Shown in pieces: positions 1 through 11,830 of a DNA stretch of 64,000 nt. The translations under genes and the position numbers were made by a program. Source of the DNA: Oopsacas minuta (lineage: Eukaryota; Animalia; Porifera); contig JAKMXF010000011.1 of assembly GCA_024704765.1 (NCBI GenBank), forward strand, positions 789,557 through 853,556, written 5' to 3'. The notes under the pieces are model-generated. The model was not told the DNA's origin. It did not search any database and saw only the letters and a list, made by a program, of their open reading frames with translations. Each line of letters starts with the position of its first letter. Position 1 is the first letter of the stretch.

Positions 1-373
1 AACGTATGATGATTGGTAAATTCACTTTTCCTACTGACATAATGCACCATACAAAATGTATTACAAGTAGACTTGGTTACGCCGAAAGTATTCTGAGACA
101 AATTCTACACACTTTTGAGGTCTTTCAATGTATTTCAACCAGAACACGTTTGGCAGTAGCACAAATATGTTCTTTATTACCGGTATATATTATATAAGAG
201 TATAAGAGAACCGTTTTCAAGAGGATGGTTCTTATATCCGAGTGTTACCCACTGTATCTAAATTAATATTGACTACCTTATATCAAAGATAATTTAGAAG
301 GAATTACCTACACATTCACTGACTAATCCACAACTACCTAGAGGCTAATCCTCACTACATCAATACAAATATC

Positions 374-1740
374 CTAATCAAACAATCCACCTATTCCCTC
401 ACTACCACTCTCACTATCATCTGCAGCAGGCTCATCAGCTGGTTGTTCTACTACGTCAGCCTGTTTGGCTGCAGGTTTAGCTGATGTTTGTAATTTAGCC
501 ATAGCTTCTGGATCTGAAAGGATAGTTTTGATAGCATCTGCTTCTTTGAATGAGATATCTGTGCCCAAGGCAACGCTTAGTATGTTCCTAAATCCGTACG
601 TCAAACTGTGTGTTATTGTACCAGGGAGAGGATAGCCCATACCTAAGAGGATATATAGTAGTCAGGGAGAAGACATTCATTTGGTATAATTACACGTAGA
701 ACGTAATTACAGTCAACCCCCGTTATATTGAAGCTCAAAGAACCGCGATTATTACTTTGATATAAACGATTAAATTTATATTACTTTTGAAGGTTTGGGA
801 CCATAATAGTACAATTTAAGACTTGGATATAAGCGGGTATTTCGATAAATCCGTGTTTGATATAACGGGGGTTGACTGTACAGTTAGATACTATTTCCAG
901 GTCAAATATTTGGACCAATAAATGTGAAATATTCCGTTTAAGTATCAGAGAGAAATTGCATAATATCGCAAATAGAGAAGCACATTCGCTCAGTAACTTT
1001 TAATATACAATATGACGTAATACGAAGCTAACACTTTCGAATTCGTTACCTAGTGCTGTAGCATTAAGATTAGCTATTCCTTTCTCTACAATACCCATTA
1101 CGTCATCCGTAGTCAAATCTAATAGATCAGCTTTGTAGATAGATCCCTTGTCATATACAGTTACAACCTTCAACCCGTATGAAAATGGACTGATGTTCAA
1201 CATGTTTAGTAGAGTAGCTTCGCTCGCTCCAACTTTACAATTCTTCCTGATCAGATGGAAATCATTCGTTAATTCGATTTGTCCACGTGTGATTTTCGTC
1301 GGGATTGACAGGTTCTGGAAGAAACCAGTTTTTTCTGGTCCTAGTCCACAACTTCCTTTGGGTAAATGTACGTCCAATGGGGCAATAGCACCTGTTTTAG
1401 CTGGGGCAGCTTTTTTGTTCTCCAACAGCTTATTACGGATATAAACCAGGTCAAGATGACTGAATACCATTCCGACATTATTCTTTATAAAAGGTATAAG
1501 CCTTTCTAAGTCAGGGTTATGCTCGAGGTATCCACGTATAGCCTTTTTCATGAGAGTATTTTTTCCCATAAATATTATGGCATCTCCACGTAGGGCTTGT
1601 CTTATTTGTTGCATTTGGAATGAACCAACATTGTCAGCGTTGACTAACAGGATTTTGTTGTACACAGCGAGGAATTCGGCCATCTTGACGAAGTACTCTG
1701 ATTTCCTCGTTGTTTTATCTACTTTACGTCCACCTCCCAT
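374..1740 (-). CDS. RPLP0: 60S acidic ribosomal protein P0 (uL10), 2 exons, ~319 aa
   Basis: Exons 1740..1050 and 642..374 joined by a phase-1 GT-AG intron (G|GTAACG ... CTTAG|GT). Motifs ADNVGSFQMQQIRQALRG, MGKNTLMKKAIR, APAKTGAIAP, GLGPEKTGFFQ, TKITRGQIE, KVGASEATLLNMLNISPFSYGL; C-terminal GLFD. Confidence 0.97.
710..878. mobile_element. Tc1/mariner-pogo-type MITE, family A (reference copy)
   Basis: TIR CAGTCAACCCCCGTTATAT ... ATATAACGGGGGTTGACTG flanked by TA on both sides, non-coding, inside the RPLP0 intron. Confidence 0.9.
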
Positions 1741-2474
1741 TTATTTAACTGGAAATAACTAATAAAATAGAAGTATTAGTAGTTCAAACAATGCGTAACG
1801 CTTCCATACTATACTTTTACGTTACAATAGCGTGACAAAGGGAGAGTTTCGTTACATAACATTTGAAATAAATGCATTTGTAGCATACTTGTTTCGAGAA
1901 AATGCATTGAAGAATCCCTGGAAACAAAAATTTCGCCATAAGTGAACTTACGAGTATATTTAGTGCAGTGTTTCCCAATCCGTGGTTCATTCACGCCTAG
2001 CGCGCGCGGATCACGAGAAGTATTTGCATACTTGCCAACCCTCCAGGATGCTGAATTATAACGAGATTGTACAAACAATTTAAGGAAATGTTTGCAAAGT
2101 CCTCGTGAATTGTGTAACCTGATTCTAAATAGAATAAGCTTTATATGTATTTATGGCCTAAAAGCTAAAAATAGAATTGTGCATACCAAGTATCGAATTG
2201 CTATCAACCAAAGGATAATTTAATAACTACCACAATACATAATTGATAATTCTTGCTAGCAAAAACATCTTGTAGGATGTACTCAAAAGCAAAGTATAAA
2301 TAAATATTTATATAAATATTATATAAATAATGCGAAGAAATGATAACTTTACGTGGAAAGAAGACCAAATACGTGGTGCTGAAATATGATACAAGAGAGA
2401 ATGATTACAATGTGCAACTCGTGCGAGTCTGAATAAATTTCTCCTACTGTAGAACTCATTACAAATAGTATATA

Positions 2475-5342
2475 ATGAATAGAAATTTTGAGATTTTAAA
2501 TAACACAATGACCGAAATAAGTGAACAATCATTTGAAACTATTCCAATTGAAAATTGGTCGCTATTAAACACTGAAGAATGGCTCAAATCTTGCCTCAAC
2601 AAATACCAAATGGATGATCCAAAAATCTACACAAAAATCAAAATAAAAGGCAAAGGGCTAAAAATACTTCATGAGTTTCGTGAGCTGAATAAACATTTTT
2701 CAGAAGAACATGCAAATATACTACACCAAGATCTGGACTTGAAGCTAGGACGAAAAATCTCAACCCGAAGGAAACCCACACTACAACTTGTAGATAAATT
2801 TGAAAAACAACTCGATGAAATAAACGTTGATTTCGGGAAAATGTTAGACCGAATCCCTGACCGTCCGTATGCAAACGAACTTATTATAGAAGCGCTATAC
2901 TCTCTGGGTAAAGGAAATATTTTCCCTATAGAATGCCTCGTTTCGCGGATGGTGAATACGCTCTACAAACAATATACAGTATCCAGTACAAGCAGTACGG
3001 CCCTCCATCACTTGGAAAATGGTCACGTTAGGTTGTGTTTGCCAATCGATGATGCAGTAGGCGCGTTTGTACAAAAATTCTATCTACACGGGTACCCGTC
3101 TTTAGCTGAATTGATGCTAGAAAACATTCTATATCTTGGTCAGCTCGGAGCAGTTAGTAGCAACTACGGAGTCGAGCAATGTCCAGCTGTTGTCATTGTC
3201 CCGAGTCAACAAAAAAATAAACAATCCATTGATAGTGGTTACGATAGTACGAAAACAACTCCTCGCACGAGCACTGAACTAACGCAAAATAATCATTATT
3301 TAAATACACTTGAAACGGTATTTGAATATTCAGATTCGGACGAGATTGAACCAGACCAATCGCTTTATTCTCCAGTCTGGGAGACATTTCAGGAAGCCTC
3401 GTGGCATCATAATTCGGTTTTTATCGAAGGTAACAATATTATTGTCGATTACGCAACAGACGAAATCGCTGATGATAGAAAACTAACATTCAATTACGAT
3501 TCAGATTTGGTGATAAAATTCGATGTTACTTGCGGGAAAGATTCGAAAATCATCACAAACAAAGATAAATCATTCACAGTTAAAATCGAGAATAATACCA
3601 AAAATGACGTCGGTTTTTCTCTACGGGTTTATAACTTATCATTACCAGGAGATATCAAAGTATTGTATCCACAGACAGGATCAACATTCCGGATCTTACA
3701 AAGGGAAGATGATGATAAACGCGATCACATCTGGCAGCATGACATCGAGTTGATACAATCGTTGATTGATCAGTCCGGCGATTACGTAATCTTTGAATTG
3801 GTCGTTTGCTCGCTAAAGAACGAACTCTTGGATAGTATAAAAGGCAATACCTGGAATATACAACGTAACTTCATACAAGTCCAATGCTCAAATTACAACA
3901 ATTCAACGACTGACCCAGAAACAATAAAAGAATTGTATTCACTGTCGAATACGATGATGGGTAACGGAAAACGCAAAAAATCCCTGAAAATAATCCTCGA
4001 ATCGCTCTACTATTACATGTACAATAACGAAGAGAAAGCATATTGGCTTGCAACGCAACTTTTACTTCTGCCAGACTTCCAAAGACCGCAATTTCTAGTT
4101 TTTATCTGGGCGCAAATTGGTACATACATTTACCAAGGAAAAGACCTGGACTTTTCGCAGCACAGGAGGTTAATCGCGCTTATTAACGCTGTAAATTCTA
4201 TAAAAAAGAAAATCGAAAGATTGAACACAAAAATTCTCACCAGCATTGTAGAATCCACGGATAAAACTGTCAATATACTGCAACAATATTTGGAAAGACA
4301 AAGAATGCGAAAATCACAAAGTTATCCAGATGATTTGTCAGAGTCATCATCTCCTCTTCCAATCATCTCAATAAAACCGGCTACACCCGAAACTCATGAC
4401 AATTCGCCTCCACCATCAAGACATCAATCATTCACTATACACCCTTCAATTTCTGAACCTAATCTCCACAATTTATGTGTTGGTAAAAACGAACGTTCAA
4501 AAGCGAAACCAAAACTACTCCAATACAAAAAGTTAAGGAAAGCCAGTAGAAGTAAGGACAATATTACATTTGGAAATTGCGTAGTTACATGTCCACCATC
4601 ACCTACAGAATTCGAGATTGATTTTAGCTATGCGATAATGGATACCACTACATCTCAAACAACCATTATCCCGGGTGTACGTCATTTGGCAACGCTAGTA
4701 CTGGAGAATAATCTGGATAAGGAAAGATACATTGAACCGTTTGAAATCAAATTTCCAATTCCACGGAAAGTTTCAAAATTGATGACAATGCGTGTCGCGT
4801 ATCAAGATGGGCAAAATAATGAAGAAATTTTGGATACAATTCAAACAAATTTTAAAGCGGATTCATGGTCAATTTTGGCTCCACGAAACGGTACATATCT
4901 CATTATAGGCTTGGACCCTTTACCGGAAAAGTTGACAAGATACGTAGCAAACGATATATTTTGCGTTAGGCCATTATACGTGCAAATATGGTACAAGCAA
5001 GTAGGGGCATATGGAAAATGGTGTGAAATTTGGTGCTGCATTTCGTGTAAAAAGAACTTGTTAATTAGACCACCTCATGTTGAAGCATGGCCGCTTAGCA
5101 AAGCAGTTATAAACACTAGATCAAATGACAAAATCGAATTTTCATTGCTACCAACAAACGGATATATTTCTGCAGCTAATGAACTAGATATGAAATATGA
5201 ATTTCTTTTAACTGAAACACAAGGGATATTTAATTTTGTACATATTCTAAATTTAGAAATTGTTGGCAGTGAAATCATGTTTCGGATAAATTCTCAAGAA
5301 GATGCAATTGAGAAAGAAATACAAATTGGAACATTCTTATAA
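2475..5342 (+). CDS. Uncharacterised 955-aa single-exon protein; possible N-terminal SAM-like and C-terminal ZU5/UPA-like regions
   Basis: Long uninterrupted ATG-started ORF in AT-rich DNA. ENWSLLNTEEWL...IKGKGLKIL resembles SAM/PNT; FEIKFPIP...MRVAYQDG resembles ZU5. Domain calls are weak. Confidence 0.75.
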   Translation: MNRNFEILNNTMTEISEQSFETIPIENWSLLNTEEWLKSCLNKYQMDDPKIYTKIKIKGKGLKILHEFRELNKHFSEEHANILHQDLDLKLGRKISTRRKPTLQLVDKFEKQLDEINVDFGKMLDRIPDRPYANELIIEALYSLGKGNIFPIECLVSRMVNTLYKQYTVSSTSSTALHHLENGHVRLCLPIDDAVGAFVQKFYLHGYPSLAELMLENILYLGQLGAVSSNYGVEQCPAVVIVPSQQKNKQSIDSGYDSTKTTPRTSTELTQNNHYLNTLETVFEYSDSDEIEPDQSLYSPVWETFQEASWHHNSVFIEGNNIIVDYATDEIADDRKLTFNYDSDLVIKFDVTCGKDSKIITNKDKSFTVKIENNTKNDVGFSLRVYNLSLPGDIKVLYPQTGSTFRILQREDDDKRDHIWQHDIELIQSLIDQSGDYVIFELVVCSLKNELLDSIKGNTWNIQRNFIQVQCSNYNNSTTDPETIKELYSLSNTMMGNGKRKKSLKIILESLYYYMYNNEEKAYWLATQLLLLPDFQRPQFLVFIWAQIGTYIYQGKDLDFSQHRRLIALINAVNSIKKKIERLNTKILTSIVESTDKTVNILQQYLERQRMRKSQSYPDDLSESSSPLPIISIKPATPETHDNSPPPSRHQSFTIHPSISEPNLHNLCVGKNERSKAKPKLLQYKKLRKASRSKDNITFGNCVVTCPPSPTEFEIDFSYAIMDTTTSQTTIIPGVRHLATLVLENNLDKERYIEPFEIKFPIPRKVSKLMTMRVAYQDGQNNEEILDTIQTNFKADSWSILAPRNGTYLIIGLDPLPEKLTRYVANDIFCVRPLYVQIWYKQVGAYGKWCEIWCCISCKKNLLIRPPHVEAWPLSKAVINTRSNDKIEFSLLPTNGYISAANELDMKYEFLLTETQGIFNFVHILNLEIVGSEIMFRINSQEDAIEKEIQIGTFL

Positions 5343-5430
5343 ATAATTTTAATCCTAATGCTCTGGAATATTGTATAAAATTTGTTACTTCTATCACACT
5401 TTCTATGTATTTTATTGGTTTTTGAATATT

Positions 5431-5508
5431 TTCTATACTTATATTAGTTGTAAATTTCTATACTTATATTATTGTAAATTTCTATACTTATATTACTTGT
5501 AAATTTCT
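5431..5508. repeat. Tandem repeat, 3 copies of a 24-25 bp unit
   Basis: TTCTATACTTATATTA(G/-/C)TTGTAAAT x3 just downstream of the 955-aa ORF. Confidence 0.85.
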
Positions 5509-6637
5509 TGAGACAATATTATTAAACAAATATTTTTGAGGAGTTAGACTATGAATATAAGTCCATTGTAGAAAATTATAACAGAGGAATTAGGAGATTA
5601 TAATCAATGATACAAACCAGTAAAATCTCAGGGCTACTAGAATAGCGTGGGTGATTATTATTAATTAATTAAGTAATTAATCAATATTTGACACTTAATA
5701 TGCAAATGAGAAGAAACTTCTAATCTTCTAACCTGCCCTATTTGTTAAATATTACAGTCTACGATTGCAAATATTTCAACAGACCTACTACGATATCTCT
5801 CACCTACGAGTAATTCGCCAGATATATTCACAGAACCTCCAATTGGTTGTATAATTCTCCAAATTAATATCCATTCAAATAATTATTCAATGATTCTACC
5901 AATTTAGGCTTCATACAATCTATAGTGGCTAAATATAGATTTTATGATGTAATGTGAAATAAAGAAGCTATTGAATATACGATACTATGCCTTTGGAGAA
6001 TCTCATCAGCTAGGGTATATAAAGACTGTACAAGATATATTTGTATGGGAATTATATGTTAAAATTCGAATTTGAACGTTGGCCAAAAGATACTGTGAAG
6101 AAAACACCTTCTAAAGAAGTTAGAAGCGTAAGTTATACAAATAGGAAAGTCGTAATTTCATGATTTTAGATCTAGGAATCACTGTCAATTTTTCCAGAAA
6201 TTTTACTGTGATAAATTCAGTCTGAGATATTCGGGCATCTAAAAATATTAACTATGATGATAACGTGAAGATCAAAGTATTTGTAGCATCAATGAGTTAT
6301 TAATAAATCAGAAATGTATAAATATTGAAAACTTGTTAAATAAAAATCTCAATAAACTATTCTACAATTCCCAAATTTTGAAAATACTTCAATCTGACAA
6401 TTTTATTATTTAGATTATAAGAAGTTTGAAAAGCAACAGCCAGAGACAGAGGCGAATATTTTTGTGTTAAAATTTGACTGGTAATGGAAAATATTGCTTC
6501 TACAAAAACGAAAAGAGAGGATAAGACATTTAGTGGGTTTTCTGACAGTACTCAATCGCAGAAGTTTATAAATCATAAAATATACTCGATTCATTGGCCA
6601 ACTCCAGGTTATTTTGATAAAGGATTGTGTTAGAATT

Positions 6638-9600
6638 ATGTTGAAAGGACCTCTAGTAATGAATGGTAACTTACCAAGAAATGAGATTGTGGGAATAACT
6701 ACAAGTACGTATATTGTTCCGAGTATAAGAAGCAGAGATGTTGCAGAAATGATACAAAATGGTACGTATGTTATTATATTCTATGTTGTATATTTCACTG
6801 TATTTGTGTATTAGTACTAACGGATAGCTGGGTGCATAACTTCTTTTACAAATTTCCCTGGCTTTCATGTATAACCCCAAAGTAAGGAGAAATATTGCAA
6901 AAAAACTTGGCAAGTATGTAGGTTATCCACTCTGAGAATTTGAATTTGGAAATTCTCTATCTACATATAAGAGCATAAGCAAGGTCGTATCCATTAGTTT
7001 ACTACGGTTGGTAGTACCTCTACATTAATTCTTGCCTACTGCCCTAAAATTTCATTTCTAGACTTGAGTTTCAAACCTCGAGTTTATGGTAGTGTCATGG
7101 CATTGGCGGTCAACTGGTCTAGAATATAGAAAATGGGTTCATTGCCTCCCAAACCCTATCATAGTTAGACTACACATCATTTTCTGTAGATTAGCGGTTT
7201 CGTTAACTGAATATTTCACTATAAATGTCTACTTCTTGTATAGGAAGAATGTTTGAACTAGTCGAAATGACATGACATTAAAACCAGCTCAGCACATGTG
7301 TCAAAACGTAAAATTAAAATATGTTATGTAGCCATTAAATGATATACAATTGACTCTGCTTATTCGAAAAACCTTCTCTTGCTGTTTATAAACAAAACAA
7401 TATGTTTAAATAGCTTATAAACATTCGTAGAATACATACGTCATTTTGGTATGTTAAAATCTCACAAAATTAATTAATGGCCATGACGTATAACCAATCA
7501 ATAAGATAGTCAGGAGTTTGCGTTCTAACTTTAGAAGATAAAACTGATTAGGGAAGCAGTTTTTATTTATTTCTGTATATTTTTAGAAAAAGAATTAATC
7601 CTGATTGATTGCAGGAATGAGAACGAATTTTCGCAGACTCACGTCAAAAATGCAGTATTATTGAATAATAATCCTCTTATGGTGAAAAGATTTTTGAAAG
7701 GGTCAAAACAGTTATCCGATCTTTTATTAGTGTCGAAAAACGCGAATGAAATTGTTAGTAAAATGGAAAAAATTCAAACTATATTCTATGATAGTGGAAG
7801 TATCCAAGGCTCGATGAAAGATATATTACAGCATCTGGTAGTGAAAAAGAATTTAAATGTAAAAGCGATGGAAGGTAAATTTGAAAAGTTTTAATGCTCT
7901 AAATTGTGTGTAACATTATCCAGTGAATATCAATTTGCATTAAGTTAATCACAGACATACTCCGCCCAATAATAACATACTTTACGATGTCCAGATTTGA
8001 AATTGAACGGGTGGCGTCCTTATTTAAGGTTTAATTATTTAATTATTAGATTATATGCAAGAATTCAGTTTTAAAAATTGGTTATTTTAACGAGTTATTG
8101 TCAAAAGTAAATGTTGATGGGAATTCGGGGGTTTTTTCGAAATAATCCAAAAATTCAGAATTCTAGACAAAAATACATATTTCAATAGATTTTGTGATTG
8201 AAATTTTGCGAAAATCGCTCAACTCGTACATTAGTATACTCATAGCCGTTTTCATTACTAAATGACGCCAATATTATTACAAATTATTCCAACTCTCTCA
8301 CAATAAACACAAAAATTATTGGACAACATAATACGAATTGACAATTGAATATTTTAGAAAATGAAAATATAAATAAACACTATGACAATTACATTCATCA
8401 CACTGATTGCCATTTCTCTCATCTCTTCAAAAAGATTACTACCGAATCATCAAGTAGAATTTGAATGGTAGTGCTTTGTAGAAACGAAAATATTCTTGTT
8501 TAGTTCAACATTATAACACCAAATTCCAAAGAAATAGACATTAAAATATACTATTTGATCTCGATTTCGCAATCATCCCTAGATATTATACAACACAAAT
8601 CCAAGTCGATTCCGTCACATAATAATGTCTGATACCGCTAAAAAAAACGCACATTAGGAGGTTTCTAATATTAAGAAATTTGCTAGTTTTCTCTCTTGGA
8701 ATTTCTAATAATAATAATCCCTCTCTTAACATGATTATACATTTTCGGATGGCAATTATAATTAATATTTTAAGCAGAATGTTCGCCCAGATTATGAGGA
8801 ACCATTTAGAGGTATACTATTTTCATTCGAATCGGGAAATTTCTGGCTTCTAACCTATAATATACTAAAATAAGATATTAATAATTAACACTAATGGTGG
8901 TATATAAATAATCATACACACCTACTAAGAATACTATAAATTAGTATAGCGCTATCAGTTACAGTGGAGTCTCAGAATTCCAGACACATTGAGGACATGA
9001 TATCTCTCCGTTGTAGAGAATTGTCCGCTACTCGGAGACTGCTTAAGTAGTAATTAAATGCTTGGAAAATTCAATCTGTGCACGCGGTTTGTCCATTGTA
9101 GGGGGTTGTCCGCTTCTCGGAGTCTCCGTTTTGGGAGACTCCACTGTATATCAAAGCCATCATGCATTTGAGGTAACCAGAGTGTCTATGTGCTTATTAT
9201 ATGGGATTTTGTCTAGCAATTAAATTTACAATAGAGGGCAACATTCTCTAATAAGTTATATAGTGCAAGGGGGACTAGTATTCAGTCAGTTACAGGAGTT
9301 CCTCTCGAAGGATTTATTGTTGCAGTTGGACCTCAAAAAGTGTGCCCCATCGCCATCCCCCGGATTCGGCGGCTATGACCAAGGGCGTAAAATCTAATCT
9401 CTTTGATAAACCGATTTGTTATTAGGTGGATTTCAGGAGTTTAGTAGCACATACCAAGATCTATGTACAGACCCTTGTTTAGAATCACGAGACAGTGGAG
9501 AAAATCTATTGTCATACTGTAATGTAATTTCTACTGCTGAATGGGAGAAAGCACCTCCAGCGAAAATACTACCACATTTAGTATGTTTATACACACATTT

Positions 9601-11023
9601 GATTTTAATGCATTCTACGTACGTATACCATTTTAGGTGTTAGGCAATGTGTATGATGCTGATAATAAGCAAGTGTTACAAAAGTTAAATGTTGGGTATA
9701 TTATTAATGTATCTGAACACATTCCGTTCAAGTTTGAGAAAGATTTCAAATATTTTCGAGTACCAACTAAGGATAATACTGGAGCTAATCTGACAACGTA
9801 TTTCAACGGGGCTTTTGAATTCATTGGTAAGTAGATTGTAGGTAATGGATTGTGATTTAACTTTTTCAATATACTTGTATGTCAGTGGCTTTCATGCTGG
9901 CGAATTCAGATTTCAAAATTCGCAGGTTTGAGTTTCAGTCAACTCTCGTTATATCGAAGCTCAAAGGGCAGCGATATAACCCCGATGAAGTTAATGTTAC
10001 TTTGATGGTTTGGGACCATATTTGTACAATTTAATATTTCGATATATCCGTGTCCAATATATTGAGAGTTGACTGTAATAAATAGATGTGATCAATATTT
10101 GATAATTTAATTCGAATTTCCATAAACACACAAAATTTATCGGAATTATCTGTAATTATTTTACCCAGAAACAGCTAGAACTAAAGGATCAGTGGTGTTC
10201 ATACATTGTCATGCTGGTATATCTAGATCTGTATCAATTACCATTGCGTATATGATAAAATACTACAAAATGGGATTATACCAAGCATACAACTTTATCA
10301 AAGCCAGGAGACCGTGTGTTGCACCTAATCTTAACTTTATGGGACAACTACTTGCATTTGAGAAACAGGTAATAATAGCTAATACAGTGGATGCCGGTTA
10401 TAAGAACACAGGACATAAGCATATATATTATATGACTGTTATAAGAAAATACATTTGCTACTCCCAAGGAGGTTCTTATAACTCGCATCCACTCTAATTT
10501 AATAAGGAGATTCGATATTAAATAATACCCAAATCTTCATGTCCAGGTCCGTGAAGAGGAACTTAAAACTCCCGTACAACATAAAAACATGGATAGTTCA
10601 GGAGGGGCATCTTCTGGAGATAGCATATCCCTTGTTTCAAAACTAATCAACATTCCATCCATGGTTAATTCAAGTTTAGATGAGGACTATGTTACAATGG
10701 ATGAAACGCCAAAATTGGAAGAAAATAGTTTTGGATCTGTTTTTGAGTCAAACGAGAAATTGAATTTAGCTCCAAAGTTAAAAATTCCCCCACAGTTCGC
10801 TCCCTATGCCCCAGGTAGTAAATATCAAACAAATCAAATTCAAGTCTATTTGACTCAAACGGAATGGAATGACTTGGAATACGTGGGTAAACATACTTTA
10901 TCCCCGCGAAATGAGACTCAACATCCAGTTCCGGGGGAGAGACGAGGTTCTGTTGCTCGAATGGTTGATTCATTTGAACACCATCTTCAAACTAATCCAA
11001 CTCCTAACCTTGAAGAAGTCTGA
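6638..11023 (+). CDS. Dual-specificity MAP kinase phosphatase (rhodanese/KIM domain + DSP domain), 6 exons, ~477 aa
   Basis: Exons 6638..6761, 7587..7874, 9426..9580, 9637..9826, 10169..10368, 10547..11023; all GT-AG and phase-consistent. Motifs LIDCR...H..NAV, GGFQEF, ILPHLVLGN, catalytic VFIHCHAGISRS, RRPCVAPNLNFMGQL. Confidence 0.92.
8962..9146. mobile_element. MITE, family B type (CAGTGGAGTCTC TIR)
   Basis: TA-CAGTGGAGTCTC ... GAGACTCCACTG-TA, in DUSP intron 2. Confidence 0.85.
9936..10075. mobile_element. MITE family A copy
   Basis: CAGTCAACTCTCGTTATATCGAAGCTCAA ... GAGAGTTGACTG-TA, in DUSP intron 4. Confidence 0.85.
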
Positions 11024-11830
11024 TCCCCCCCGACTTGTACTAATTGGTACTTTTCACATATTTTAAGTTTTTATTACACACGCTTACATTTACTCTCTCT
11101 TTCTCTCTATCTCTCCCAAATGTGGCTACACTCAACTCTCGCAATGTAATTCTGCTAATATTATTAATAGTAGAGTAAGCTTTTTATGTAGAATTACATT
11201 AGAACGTAATAAATAATATAATTTTGACTTATTAATCTGTTGTTGAAGTTGATATTAGGACTGGGAATTATGAAGTTGATGGGGCTAGTATTCATGGTCA
11301 AGGAGATTTGCATATTCAATTTAGCAATACAGACTCTCTCTATTATCCATGGTGTATATTTCAAAATATAGTGAACTGAAAACGTCCGTATTTCATAGCC
11401 GATCCCAGGATTATTCCGGGATTTGACGTCATATCTAGGGAAATATTGGATGTTTCTTGCAATTTTCTGACGAATTAGTGGGAAATCCAGGGAATATCTT
11501 GAGCTGTCGGGATTTCGAGTTAAATGTCAGGGAAATTTCATTATTCAAAAGAGACAAAATTTACTTGTACTTCAATCTAAGCAACGTTGTTTACTACCCT
11601 CTTAAAATTCAGATCTTTTATTATTCTATAAATTATGTTCAAATTTATTAACACAAATACTATAAATATAAATAAGACTGGTTTGATACGAATCTTCCTT
11701 CTGTTTATTCTGGGATCTTGTGTTTATTACGTGCTTGTGTGCAGATATTGATTGTTATTTTAGCCATTCTACGGCGAAGTGAGTGAAAGTTGAATTCTCT
11801 ATTCAGGGGATTTATTGCATACTTATCCAT

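Noticed and set aside
6-98. Box C (ATGATGA) and two CTGA boxes suggesting a C/D snoRNA; also a 63-aa plus-strand ORF at the window edge
   Set aside because: No terminal stem and no rRNA-complementary guide I could recognise; the ORF has no recognisable homology and upstream context is cut off.
643-1049. Possible intronic snoRNA in the RPLP0 intron
   Set aside because: No box C on the sense strand; much of the intron is a MITE.
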